A stretch of 64,000 nt of DNA from Yuukianura sp. NJ FZ-2021 (lineage: Eukaryota), in NCBI GenBank assembly GCA_046563655.1, contig CM102285.1:11222001-11286000 (forward strand), in the 5' to 3' direction. This document shows, piece by piece, positions 1 through 12,443 of the stretch; position 1 is the first letter of the stretch, and each line of letters opens with the position of its first letter. The notes beneath the pieces were generated by a model. The model saw only the letters and a program-made list of their open reading frames with translations. It did no database searches and was not told where the DNA came from. Made by a program: the position numbers and the translations under genes.

Positions 1-213
1 ACACGTCTTGCTATTGCTCCTAGTCTTCTTCATATGCTTCATTTCCTTTGGTAAGTTCTTTCTACAAAAATTTCCTTGTGTAACGTTTAAAGATTTAAAG
101 TTTTTGCACTCATCAGTTTCTGGAACCACGAAATCTTATATGAATTTTCCAAAATGCTACTGGAACAGCTTTGTTTTTGAGCGTAGCGGATCTGCTCTGT
201 TGTTAGCAATTCA

Positions 214-683
214 TTAGAAATCTTGCCTTGCATACCAAGTCATGAACTGAGAGTTTTCACCTTTTAAACTTTGTCTGTTATTTTCAAGTTTTGTGCTTTT
301 CATGTTCATCTTACAAGGAGTCGAGTAAAAGTTTTGGATGAACCGTGAAAGTCTCCATGGAATGACACGTGAAGAGGTTATTTCTGAAGAAGAGCAGGAA
401 AGACCCGTTTTCCAGGAATGATCAGACACAGTGAAAGTAGAAAGTTCAGAATTCATGGGTAGTGCAGGGAGGATCTTTAGGAATAACAGACTTCATTTCG
501 TTGTTTTGCTAGGGTTTATCGTAACATAGGTTAGGTTAAGGTGTAGACTTTGTTTTCACTTCTGTATTTTCTTTTGCCAGGTTCAGGTTCGTCGGACTCA
601 TAAGTATCCGCAATTGGATTTGGGAAATATATGGAATGACTCAGGGCAAAAAAGTTAGTAAGGTCCTTACGGTTCCTTTCACC
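214..683 (-). pseudogene. Possible spliced coding remnant of an unidentified gene
   Basis: Candidate exon ~683-549 (acceptor TTTTTTGGTTAG, reads GERNRKDLTNFFALSHSIYFPNPIADTYESDEPEPGKRKYRSENK, weak GTCTAC donor) joins in phase to ~475-214 (ILPALPMNSELSTF...RQDF*). Flanking sequence is coding-like but interrupted by stops. No recognisable domain. Confidence 0.25.
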
Positions 684-3600
684 CTAACCAAAAAACCGTA
701 TGAAGAAAGTCACTGAAACCCTAACTGAAACTAACTTTAAGAGAAAAGTGGAAGAACTAATTCATAATCTTATTCCCTCGAGAAGACAGTTTCCCTTTGG
801 CCGAAAATGTTTTTATGAAGGCAATTTCCTATCATTTGAACCCAAACCAGTGCCAAAATCTTTTAGGATTCTGTTCCTGGACCTTCATAAATAATAGAAC
901 GGAAAATGTGATTGCTTTTTCTTCATCTTCCTCTTTCCAACGTTGAGTAAAGTTAGTTTAAGGGAGCTTCGTGTGTGGTTGGAGGCGAAAGTAGTAGTGA
1001 AAGTCGTGCGGTTCAGAAAATGCTACGAGGGAAAGGAGAGACATGATTTTCTGATAATAAAAGTAATTAAATGTAGAAAATGGTGTTGCTTTTCCGGTGC
1101 GTCATTGACGTCAATTACGTGCTTCAGGAGAGAGAAGAAGATTTTAGAAAGTCGTTTGGCCTAAGGGCTCGGAAGTGTCACGGGTCAATGAAAATGAGTG
1201 AGAGGGAGAGAAAATGCTTTTGGTTTCAACTGTAGTATTTGTACAAAAAGTGGGTTCGATTCAAGCACTGACTGTGGTTTAATGCTGGTGACTTATGCAA
1301 ACTACAGTGAAAGGAACGATGTGATGGCAGGGAGCTTCAGTGCCTTGTCATTTCCTTGTCAAAACAAATTTATTAGAAAGCACGAGGTTCTCAAAATTAA
1401 ATTAACATTTTGGTTATAACCAAAACTTAGAGTATAATGAACTCAACTTTCCTGTGTTTTCGCAAACTTTGTTGGAAGGAGTGTGACACGTTTTCAGAAA
1501 CTTGAAACTCTTCATGACTTCATGTTATTCATTTATGAAACTAATTTAGTTTCATATAGCTCATACGTTTTGAGGAAAAAAGTGTCAACTTTCTCCCATA
1601 GGATGAGATGGTTAGAAAAAATTCAAATAATTCTCTGCATTGCCCTGATCAAGTTTAAGAAAAATTGACACAAATTTGCTTTTCCCAAAACTTTAGGGTT
1701 TTAAATGATAATTTAAATGATAGCATTTTAAATTTAAAAAAAGCAGAAAATATGAAAAATAATTCCGACAACAGCACGAAAGTAGAAAAAAATAGTTTTC
1801 ATCTTGAAATAAAGTTGGACGTCGTTAAAAAAAAAATTTTTTATTAGTTATAGCTTTAGAAGCAAAAAATAATTTTTCCTCGAAGAATAATTTTTTTTTC
1901 TAAACGGCTTCAAACTTCTGCAAAAGTGAAATTCCAAAATTCGGTTTTCTAAAATGTGTTTTTGTCGCTTTCTCCTTGTTCTAAGTATTGTAAAAAGCAA
2001 TTAACTTTGAAAGGAATATGAGTGAAAAATTTTTCAACCACAAGTTGAAAAAAAGTCAAGCAGGAGAAAGTCCGGATCTGCTTTTTTGTTTCTGATGATA
2101 CCCCGGAAAATTGTAGTAAAATTAAAGAAAAAACAGTTCTTATTGCTTATCTTTAAGAAAACGTTTCCCAAAGTTCTAATCGTAACTAATGTAGTTATTT
2201 TCGAGAAACATTTCTAATTTGCTGAGTTGCACTTGGAAATTGTTGACATTTTGGCATCTCGAAACGGTTTTCCTGACTCGTCGTTTTAGAAATGTCAACA
2301 ATGGAGTTACCGTCAACACGAATTGGACTCTTCAATGTCAGACTCCGTTGCTTCCCAAGGTCCGGTTGCTTTCATTGTACTTATGTTTAGGAGACCTGAT
2401 TGGACAGGACTTTGTGAAAAGACATTTTTCCTGGAGGGAGTTCCACTTTTAGTGATTACCTTTTTGATCAAAAGAAAAGGCAGGAGAAAGTTTTGGGTAA
2501 AAGGAGTACTTTACAAAGCGGTTCAAGACCTGCTAGCTGATAGATGGGAACTACTATTGATTCTTTCCAACTCTAACTCTATCCCGTTTGTTTATGTGCT
2601 CAACCGAAAAAAAAGTTTTTGCAAGATGATGATGGATGTTAGAAAATGCGAAAAACGAAAAAAGAGAAAGTTTTTCTTTTCTAGGAAAAGTTGAATTTAA
2701 CTTTTTAGAACAACGAGGAAGCGTACGAGTAAGTCGAAACTCAACTTTTTAAATTTGAACAAGAGGAAAAAAAAGTTTTGTTTTTCAAATTCAACTTCTT
2801 TTTCATCTTTTATAAAAAAATAAACTCAACTGAGTGAGTAAGGTAAAAGTAAAAAAGGATGAATACAAAGCGTAGAGAGAAAACGAGATTCTTTGAGAAC
2901 TTTACGAAATAAAATTTCATGACAACAAATTTTGGTCCATGGGGCATAGTAAGAAAAGTGGAAATACAAGGCGTGGGGAAAGTTGTAGAAAGTGAAAGGC
3001 ATTAGGGCTTAATTTTTCTTCATTAAGGTGAGGCTCTTCAACGTAGAGTGTGCCGGGAGTGAAAATAATTTTCTCCACTTTCTTCCAATTTTCCGCCTGA
3101 TGCATTTAACCCGTCCTTCTTCATCTTCTTTTGCTAAAGCAACTTTCTTTTTTGCTTTTCCTCTTTTCCTTTCTTTAAGAGAACCTTAAGAAAATCCTTG
3201 GTATTCTGTTCGATGGAGGTTTCGTGTCCTAAAAAGTTCCTTAGCGTGCTTAAAGCACAACGTTTTCTTTCTCCATCTCCTTCCAATTGGATCGAATTGG
3301 AAATTGAAGAAGGCGGGTTCTTAAGCTACTATTTAAAGAAACGACAAAAAAGTTTCTTATTTTAAAAGCATATGGATGTTCTCTCCAGTTTTGAAATAGG
3401 ATGAAAATTGATGAAACGAGGATGGCGGTGGCGGGTGAAGCAGGTTCTCAGCTCACTTAGGTTCTCAGTCGATCCTTCATCTTCGTTTGATCTTCTTCTT
3501 TTAGCGTCTTTCTGCTTTGTTGCTTTCTCACCAAGTTTTGAACTAAAAAATTAAGATCTTGGGAAAACCTTTTGTTCTTGAAGATTAGTAGTCTCGCTTA

Positions 3601-4365
3601 AGGTTACAACAAAACTAATCTACACTTTGGAGAACTTGTGGATAACAATGAAAAGGGATGGGCTGAACTGACATGTTAAGCTAGGTCGAGTTTTAGCGTT
3701 AGGCTGCGCAGTATTTCGTTTCCTGACCTCAACTTTCTTTGTTCAAAAGGAAAAAGGAAATGAACTTAATCGAAATACTTTCTGCCTTTGTGTTCAGCCC
3801 TAAGAACGAAAATTCTCAAGCGACTTTCACTTCTCGTACTTGTTCTGTTCTTTTGATCTCTCAAATCGATTTGAATTCTTTGAGCACAATTTTGGAAAAG
3901 GTTAAATCCTTGGTTGAGTATAATCCAGCCACTACAACGTTTGATCTTCTCATCAGCAAGCATGACATGGCTCAATGATTAACGGAAACGTTTTGACAAA
4001 TTTTCAAACGCATAGATGTTTAGTTGATCTTTTGGCTTTCTTTAAATCGTAAAACTCAAAAAATGGAAACCGGATTTTCAAAAGCTTAGAAACTTGGATT
4101 TTTTTAGAATACCTAACTTGTCAAGAATTTTTGAGTTTTTTAAAACTTAGAAAAGTGTCATTTCCTACGTGATGGATTACGAACCTTTCACCAAATTCAA
4201 TTCAACTTTCTCCATCAACTCTAAAGTTTTTCTTCCACAAGACAAATTTTTTAGAAAAGCAAACTTCTTGAGATTGAAAAGGAAATTGCTTTTTTTATTC
4301 AAAAATTTTTTCTCCTCTCCAAATTCCTGTATGCACACTTCAGCTTCTCTTTTGATTTTTTAAAG

Positions 4366-4887
4366 GTGACACACTTGAAAATACGCTCTCCTGCTACCAG
4401 TGTACTATTCATGGAAAGAACGAGTCTACCTGCGATAACGAGCTTCGAAGATGTCCAAATGATCAAGCCTACGATCGCTGCAAGATCAATGTCCTCAAAA
4501 ATCGTAAGGCCGTTCAATTCAAACAAACCATAAAAAATACACTTTTCATTGCAATTCTCTGAATAGCAAATTTAAACTTTTCTGAGTACAGAAACTACTG
4601 GAGACTTCATAATTATTAAGCGATGTGCACTGGCTCCTTGTGAATTTGAAAAATCTGTGGAGAAGACGCTGGGATTTCTGGATAAATGCATCTTGTCTCG
4701 TCCAGATCCAGACTGTGTCCAGTGCTGTACTGGAGATGGATGTAACAAAAGAGCTACGGAAAATCTTGGAACTCAATTGGCCACAAATTCAACCAATCCC
4801 AGGAAAATGTCAATAATTCCAATGCTCCTCATACTTGTTGGCAGCATTTTTGGACGAAATATTGCGGCTAGTCTCGAAGGATTTTAG
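4366..4887 (+). CDS. Ly6/uPAR (three-finger, Quiver/Sleepless-like) protein, probably GPI-anchored; first exon uncertain
   Basis: Exons 4366-4503 and 4592-4887 (GT-AG, phase 1) give LSCYQC...C...C...C...KRCALAPC...C...CVQCCTGDGCN, 12 Cys with the LU hallmark CxxC start and CCxxDxCN end, then a hydrophobic tail (MSIIPMLLILVGSIFG). Candidate signal-peptide exon 3411-3534 (...LLLLASFCFVAFSP) is phase-compatible but has a weak donor. Confidence 0.8.
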
Positions 4888-6477
4888 AAAATGAAGTTTC
4901 ACATAATAAAACTAGGCTAATGCCAAAATAATTAACAGGTTAATAAATAAAGGCTTACGCTTTTTCCAACTTCAGGTTACGTTAAGCTATGGTTAATCTA
5001 AAAAGTTTAACAACAAACCATGTTGAATGTTTGGTTTTTGCCATATAATGTGATGGAAATTTACGCAAATCTATCTCGCCGAGAAAATGAAAAGAGAAAG
5101 TTCACTCCTCGAATTAATTTCCGGCTTTCTCATTTTGAACAAATCCGCTTAAGGGATGAACCGTATTTTGAGGAAAATTCAATTTCAAGCTTCTCTAGGA
5201 CAATAAAATGCTTTTGTTAAATTTAGCAGCGTCATCATCAGAGCACAAGAGAGCGCTGAAACAACGGGTTTTGTGTGTCCTTGGAAGAAAATGTCGAAAA
5301 CTGGGAAGCTAAACTGGAACGAAGTGAAAGCATAAATTCACGTCTTTCACTTTGCATAATCCAGGACATGGGGAGACAGCGACGGAGTCTTTTTGGCTGT
5401 CTCAGCATGTTTCTAATATTTTCCATCTTCCGGAAGTCATCATATTCCTCTATGGATTTGTGAAATGTGCTGGATGTGCTTGGAGTTACAGGATTTGGAT
5501 TATACGGAACATGAAAGATTCATCAACTTAAACTTTTGGTTGAATTCAGCCCTTTTACCATGCTTGATGAGCTTCATCATCGTGATCATCAATGTCTTTT
5601 ACTCTATTCTATCAAATGAATTTTCAACATGGAAGATCGGAGGCGGCAGAGCTTTCACTATTCACCACTTTCATGCTTTCATTAGAAATTCTAATAAGGA
5701 CCAAGCCGAACTTTCCTTGCTCTAGATTTGCTAGATTCCTTCACGGACTTTCACCGAAGCGCAGCAGCGATGCACAGGCCTCGTAAGTTCTATTCTCAAC
5801 TGACCGAATCAGCCACAACGCTACACTAGGAAGCAAGTTGGCGTAAGATACTACCTACGCCGGCCTTGGTACTAATTATATAAATTAAAAAGTTTGAAGC
5901 CAAAATTTACCTAAAAACTAAAATTTAAAAAGTGTATGCTATTGTCTGAAATTTCGTGAAACCGCTGTCTCACCTTGCCTCTCAAATTTCAGCCACGTAA
6001 GTTTCCGCCAATTTCGAATTGCAAATTGAACCTTGTCTCATTTTATAAAAAAAAAAGTCAGCAGTTGTCATTTCATTTCATTCATTGATTCATTTATGTA
6101 ACTAGCACTTTGTTTGACATTGACATACAGAAAAACACGTAAGAAACTACAAATTCACTGATTATTATTTACTTCATGATTAATTGATCCCCATTTCGAA
6201 GCATTGACCCTGTAAGTGTTTCATTTATCGTAGAAACTCTACTTTGGCAAGCGAGGCAAGCAAAAGGACGTCTTTTGACACGAAATTTCGGGAGGGGAAT
6301 CAACTCATCTCACAATTTACTGTTTGCCGGTTGGGTTTGACTCTTGGACTTCAGAAGAAGAAACAAATTCACTGATCCATTCAGTTTTGTAAGTCAAAAT
6401 ATTTTAATTTAGACAAGGAAGATGACAACTACAAGGAGCACTTACCGGATTTATGTTTTTATTGTAGTGCCGGCACA

Positions 6478-7695
6478 ATGTACAGTGACAACGGTGATTG
6501 GCGATATGGTGGAAATCCAAATGATCAACAACCCTACTACTTTTACCCTCAACAAGGTCAAGATCCAAACACTGGATATGGACAGCCAAATATGTACCCT
6601 CCGCAGCAACCACCACAACCAACATACTTTAATCCAATGGCTTCAATACCTGGAATGGACGGTATGAATCCAGTCCTCACTAACTTTGCAAAGCAATATG
6701 GAGAAAATCTTGTGGGCCAGGGAAGAGAGATGATGGATCAGAAACTACAGAAGATCGTGACATGGGCTAAACTGAAGTACTATTTTGCTGTGGACACTGC
6801 GTACGTTGTCAAGAAAATGGGTTTGCTTTTTGTCCCGTTTACTCACAAGGTTCGTGGTTTCCCATCCACTAAAAATGAAGTGCACTTTATTGTATTGTTA
6901 AAAACTTATTTTAAACAGGACTGGGCTATAAGGTTCGATAAAAACGAAGACGATGCTATTCAACCACGATTCGAAATCAATGCTCCGGATTTATACATAC
7001 CGCTGATGGGATTTATTACGTACATTTTAATCGCCGGAGTTTGCCTGGGCATGCAGCAAAAGTTAGTCACCATTTTCTTAATATTCCGCATAATACGACG
7101 CTTTTTTATTAACATTCATTTATGAATTTGGTCATAGATTCTCTCCAGAAATTTTGGGAATACAAGCAAGTTCCGCATTGGGGTGGCTAGTGCTAGAACT
7201 GATGATATTTACAGGATCCACATACGTCGTTGAGACTGATCTAAAAGTTTTTGACCTTTTGGCTTTCTGTGGATACAAATACGTTGGGTATGTCATACGA
7301 AGCTAAGCTTTATCACCTCAACGGACATCCTGTGGATAAAAAGACAAATTCAATTCGTTATGGTTTTGCAGAATGATCTTTGTACTTGTTATCGCTGCGT
7401 TCACTGGAAAAACGGGATACTATGCCTCACTTTTTTATACAAGCTTCGCCCTGGTTGTGTTTCTAGTAAGGAAATTGGACATCCCTAATTAACAAACTTT
7501 CTGTTTGAAAATTCTAAAACCTATGATATTTTTTTCGTTTAGTTTCGTACTCTGAAAGTGCAAATCTACAGTGTCACATCCCACGAGCATGTCATGAGCG
7601 GCGGTAACAAAAGACGTCTATACCTTCTCCTGTCTTTGGCTGCTGTTCAACCGATCATGATGTGGTGGCTGACTTATCATCTCACTAAATGGTAA
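6478..7695 (+). CDS. YIF1: Protein YIF1 (Yip1-interacting factor, ER-Golgi membrane protein)
   Basis: Five exons (~6478-6849, 6920-7061, 7138-7288, 7372-7465, 7543-7695) with GT-AG introns of about 70-85 nt. Motifs [59 protein letters not shown] and C-terminal [12 protein letters not shown] are characteristic of YIF1A/B. Confidence 0.95.
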
Positions 7696-8152
7696 CACGA
7701 ACCAAGACGAGACCAGTCGTCTCTCGTCTGTGAAAACACGAATCCCACTACGATTCTGAAGTACCCGCGTCATCAATCCTTCCCAATAGCACCCAGTTTA
7801 CTTAATGTACTAAGGCGAAAACTATTAGGCTATATTCGATCTTTATAAATTACTAAAAATATCGTTACCCAAAAATTATTTATTTTTAACGTAACATTAA
7901 ATCCACTAACTCTTCTGCGATATCCCATTTTCGTTTTCCGTATCGAAATTCAATTCACTCGGGATTCTTTCTAAATAATAGGCGGGGTCATTTTGAGAGA
8001 CTCCGACTTTCGACGCATCCCTGAGAGTCGTATGGTTATCGATTCATTTTATTCATCGGTTTAAGTACTGTAAGACGAAAAAAGATCTATAGTTGTTTAA
8101 TTTGTAGTAACCAACTTACAAAAAGAGTCACGATTTGAAAGAATTAGTAATT

Positions 8153-8768
8153 TCATAAATCCACTCGTGCACCTAACAGGGGAATGTCTTCCAACTCTGT
8201 CTTCAAACAAAGAAATTCTCCAGTAATACACATGATTGATGCTGCGACTACGGTTAAAATACACCATGATACTGTGTTAGGTAGTGATGCGTTGTACATC
8301 CAGCAAATGAAAATGTGGAGTACGTAAGCAGTTACGGAAAAGTCTAGACATTGCTTCGTTCGTCTCACAATCTTCCATAAACCGACGGACCTGTGAGTGT
8401 GAAAAGAATTTTTATCATATTTCGTAACGTTTACACTTTGAAGCACTTACCCACATAAAGCCGTCACTAAATAGCATACAGTAGTCAAGACGCCATGTCT
8501 ATCTGCAAAGTTCAAAGCCTGGAAATGAGAATCCATATTCATATTTAAAAACTTGACAATTCTTTCATTTCATTCAGGCCTAAGCATTATCCATTGTTTC
8601 GCTTACTCTGTACTGGAAAATATTGCTAAGTGTACATTCTGTTCCAGTGAGAATTGATCCAGCAATCAGTAAAGCTCCAAAGGCGAAGTACAAGTAACTC
8701 TGCAAAGCCACTATTTGCGATACGATGAGCGTTGGATCCCAAACCGTGACCCGGAACCTGCCAGTCAT
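8153..8768 (-). CDS. SYS1: Protein SYS1 homolog (Golgi membrane receptor for ARFRP1/Arl3)
   Basis: Three exons (~8768-8607, 8518-8451, 8390-8153). N-terminus MTGRFRVTVWDPTLIVSQIVALQSYLY, then VRRTKQCLDFSVT..HIFICW.YN..LP...SW and C-terminal GEFLCLKTELEDIPL match the SYS1 family. Confidence 0.93.
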
Positions 8769-9098
8769 TCGGACAATTGAATCTGCAAGCAGACAACCAA
8801 ATTAGTTAAGAATAAGATCACTTCACAATATAGTTTACTAATTACACAGAGTTTCAGAGGACAAGACAAAAGAAATTCACAGAACAAATGAATTGCACGG
8901 AAATCCTCAATATTTCTAATCCGCATTGTCCTTACCTCACGTGCGTCCAATGCTAAAAGTTATCCTTGTCTTCGGATATGTCCCGTGTCCGTAGTAAGTA
9001 CTTCGTGGTCACTTTCTCTTAGGTGTTAAGCAGTTAATCATTTTCGAATCAATCAACTTTACAAAACAGAACGAAAACCTTGATTTATTTTTATTTTG

Positions 9099-9351
9099 AC
9101 AGCTGATTACAATGTGAAGAAATAAATGTTTAAAAATGTCACAAGTTTTCCCGCCACTTTCTCCCCACCCAGAGAGTAAGAAGTGGGGAGTTTTGGGAAC
9201 CTTTTTGTTCCGCATAATACCCGGATAGCTCCGGCCGAAAATCGAGGGTTCACTTTTTGAAACAACAGTCTAGAGCAGTCACAGGGAAATTACACTGTGA
9301 GCGTTGCGTAACCGTCGCTCACTGTGTACAACTTTTCATCTGCTTTGCATT
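9099..9351 (-). repeat. Dispersed conserved non-coding element, copy 1 (upstream of SYS1)
   Basis: Reverse complement aligns with 32269-32536, including an identical 40-mer GGCCGGAGCTATCCGGGTATTATGCGGAACAAAAAGGTTC (9197-9236 vs 32382-32421), and with 54076-54232. Confidence 0.9.
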
Positions 9352-11599
9352 ATTGCATTATACAATTTTCCTCTTGGCGTAGAATCACATTCAACAATAA
9401 TTGCCATTTAATTAGGCAATTTGTTTATGTATTAACAATATATGTATTATTTTAATTTACCGTATTCAATTAATCAGTTAACTTTCGCCCACATTCTGCC
9501 CTTTTGTTCAAAATTCCGTTTTTAGTTTAAGTTTAACTTCGAAAACTCACTGAAAAACAACAGTAAGTCACTTTTTGCCTTCAAATTGAATTTTACTGAA
9601 TTGCCGTAGAAAATGAATTGATATGCTAAATTATTTGAAAATTTAACCTCTAGAGCATAATTCAAAAATATTTTCAAATTCATTATTAGAATAGCTTGGG
9701 TTACTCTATTTGTCTAGTATTTTACGATTTTCCAAATGTTGGAGGAATTGGCATGTCAGATCAGATTTTTCAAAGGTTTCATCTGCAAACAATGTGAAAT
9801 AAAGGTCACGTAGTTATAGGTTTTATGAGAGTACTTGTTAAATCACCCTAGTACTCTACGCGTGTTCTAGCGAGATTTTACAAAGCTCAAATTCTAATTT
9901 GAAAACGCTTACCTTTTGTTTAGAAAAGTTCAAAATAGGCAGGCATATTTCTTTTGTTAGAGTCCGTGAGGCTTAAAGAGGGGCTGGTTTAGGTATGGAA
10001 CACTTTAAGTTTTGAATCCGGAAAAAGGACTAAAGGCTCAAGTGCTCTTTGGTCTTTTCGAAAATCCACTTCAAATTAAACTTTTATAGAAAATCTCATT
10101 AGAATTTTATTCGAAAAATGAGGAGGGGGCTTAGATTTTCTCAGCAGAGCCCTCCACTTATCCCTCTCACGGACATCAACCAGGAGATGAGTATCTTCGC
10201 GTACTATCCCACACTTTCTCTCTTTTTTAATCTTGTCTGAACTAATTTTGAAAAGTTGCTGTACTTCCTAACCCTGTGTGCAACTAATGCGGTTAGGATT
10301 AGCATTAATTTAAAGTGCAATTTCACGTTGGGGATGTGAGGTGCCACGTTGAAGACAGCAAAGATTATGTAGAAATGCTAATTTATAATTCTTTCTGTTC
10401 CAATTCCTTCATTTCTTAATTTCCTCAAATGCTTTCTCCTTCAACTTTCCCCAAGCATAACTTTTGAAACTTTCAACTCGGAATTGTTATTCCAAGGAAC
10501 TAAAGGTGTCAATGGCATTTCGTCGAAACACATTCATGACGTTTTTTTGAGTTTTTTTTTTTGAAATCGTGAAGAGAAGAAGGAAACCTTTTAAAGGCAA
10601 GAAAGAGGTTAAGGTTTCCAACAACTTTTTCCAAATACAATTTCTAATGATTCTTCCAAACTCCTGATTTCCGCAAGTTTTTCTGATAACTAATAAATTC
10701 CGTTTGTTTGAGTGAAAGTCAATAGAAGGTTTTCTGGTGCTGAGTGGTGAAAATTTCCCGAGTTTTGCAGAATTCCAAAGAATTTAGTTCTTGCAAGGGC
10801 TTTTTTTTGCAAACAAAAAAGTGCAGCTCAAACACAAGGATTTGGTTACATAAAATTCGAGATAGCTACCTCGTAGTATGATTTTAATATGCTTGGAAAA
10901 ATATCCTTCTTTTACATTGAGCTGCCACTGTTGAAGAACATCCAGAACCAGATAGACAATGGAAAGTCTAATATCCCACATGCATTTAACTAAGAGTTAA
11001 GGGAACATGGTTGTCAACAAACGGAAAACTTCTGGAAATTACTTCCAGTCTAATTTCTCCTGTATGACGCACTCTGCCGTAAAGAAAGTCCGCTTCTCCG
11101 TTTACTTTCCCAGTTTCATTGTCCTTGGAATTTCAAGCGTGGACAAATATCTTCATCTTCTGTTTTATTTGCAATCTCGTCAAGAGTAGTCAAACATCAC
11201 GTTTCAAGTACTTTCTTCTGAGAAATGCGAAATTCTGTAAAAGCCTTTCATTCAGTGAATTTCCCTTATATAAACAGTCCACAAAGTACTACTATTCACA
11301 CTCTAATTTAATTTTTCTTGTTCCTAATATAAAGTACTTAAGTCCACTTATTGAGTCCAACGAACAATAATTGAGAACGTTTTCGTGTAAATTACCAAAT
11401 TACGAGGCGTTTCAAATCCTAAGTTTACCCTAAAATCTCCACAAATAGATTTGAAATTCAGAAGTCCCGAGTCATGGGTCATGGTTTAAGTTTTCAACGT
11501 TCAAAACTTGCCATAATAAATGGAAACGCTTCAAAGAAGGGTAGCTTTTTTGTTTTGTGTACAAAAATGTTGCGAAACTAAACTAGAATCAGCAGCGAC

Positions 11600-12443
11600 T
11601 TTTGCCAAGATTTGTTTTCTATCCCTTTCCCGATTTGCAGTCGTCTCCTGCTATGGACTTTGACAAATATCACTCTAGAGTATGTCTTTTGTAGTGATTT
11701 GAGCATCGACTCAGACACATTCCTGGGTTCAGTCTTCTTTGTTTGAAAGTTTCAGAAGAGACAAGATCCTCTTGATCTCTGACTAGGACAAACATGGGAG
11801 CTAAAAGGTCTCAAAGAAATAGATTTTATTGTAGTAATGAAAGAAATCTTCTTCACTGGAACGACTTTCTCCCAGTATAATTGTGAATGACGCCCTCGTA
11901 GCGTTAGATATCCTGGAGAAACTTCACAGTTAACCCAGAAAGGAAGTAAATTCGTCACACAGTCTTACAAATGATGGGCGTTGGAACACTTTACTTCTCT
12001 AGTTCAGCTTGAATGAACGCACCTTTCTTAGAAAGCGAAGCGGGACGAAATACAGCAAGCGATGATGTTAGTGTAAGAAAATCGTGAAGGAAAAAGCTTA
12101 CTTCAGTTGTAGAGTTCCAGTCAACATCTTTGGCGTAAGCTAATAAATCACTGTGAAAAAATAGGAACAATTTCAGTTGGAATTGAAATGTCTTAAAGAC
12201 TTACAACACGTCAATGTCAAGGGAGAGCATCTGCTTTGTGTGGCTGTTTGCAGAAAATGCTTAACATGCAGTTTCAACATAGGCTTGCAGTTTCAACATA
12301 AACACGATGCGGGCCATGAACCGTATCCAGGAACCACTTCTATTCTGCTGTCCATTTGCAATGAATAGATCTAAATCGCTTGTGACAGGTTCTCTCGCTC
12401 GTGGAAACATCAACAAGTGAAAGTGTGGTCCCACATCACACAA
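11600..12443 (-). pseudogene. Decayed multi-exon coding-like sequence, product unknown
   Basis: Minus-strand GTAAG donors (rc at ~12199, ~12098, ~11965) and pyrimidine-AG acceptors delimit exon-like pieces (e.g. DLLAYAKDVDWNSTTE; ISNATRASFTIILGESRSSEEDFFHYYNKIYFF) broken by stops and by a frameshifting 15-bp duplication at 12267-12300. Confidence 0.3.

Noticed and set aside
1215..1275. GGGTTCGATTC resembling a tRNA T-loop
   Set aside because: No D-arm, anticodon arm or acceptor stem can be formed.
5238..5786. Cluster of short ORFs upstream of YIF1
   Set aside because: No recognisable domain or consistent splice structure.
9290..9327. Two CACAGTG heptamers (minus strand) suggesting RAG/Transib recombination signals
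   Set aside because: No ACAAAAACC-like nonamer at 12 or 23 bp spacing, homology between copies extends beyond the heptamer, and copy 2 lacks an exact heptamer.
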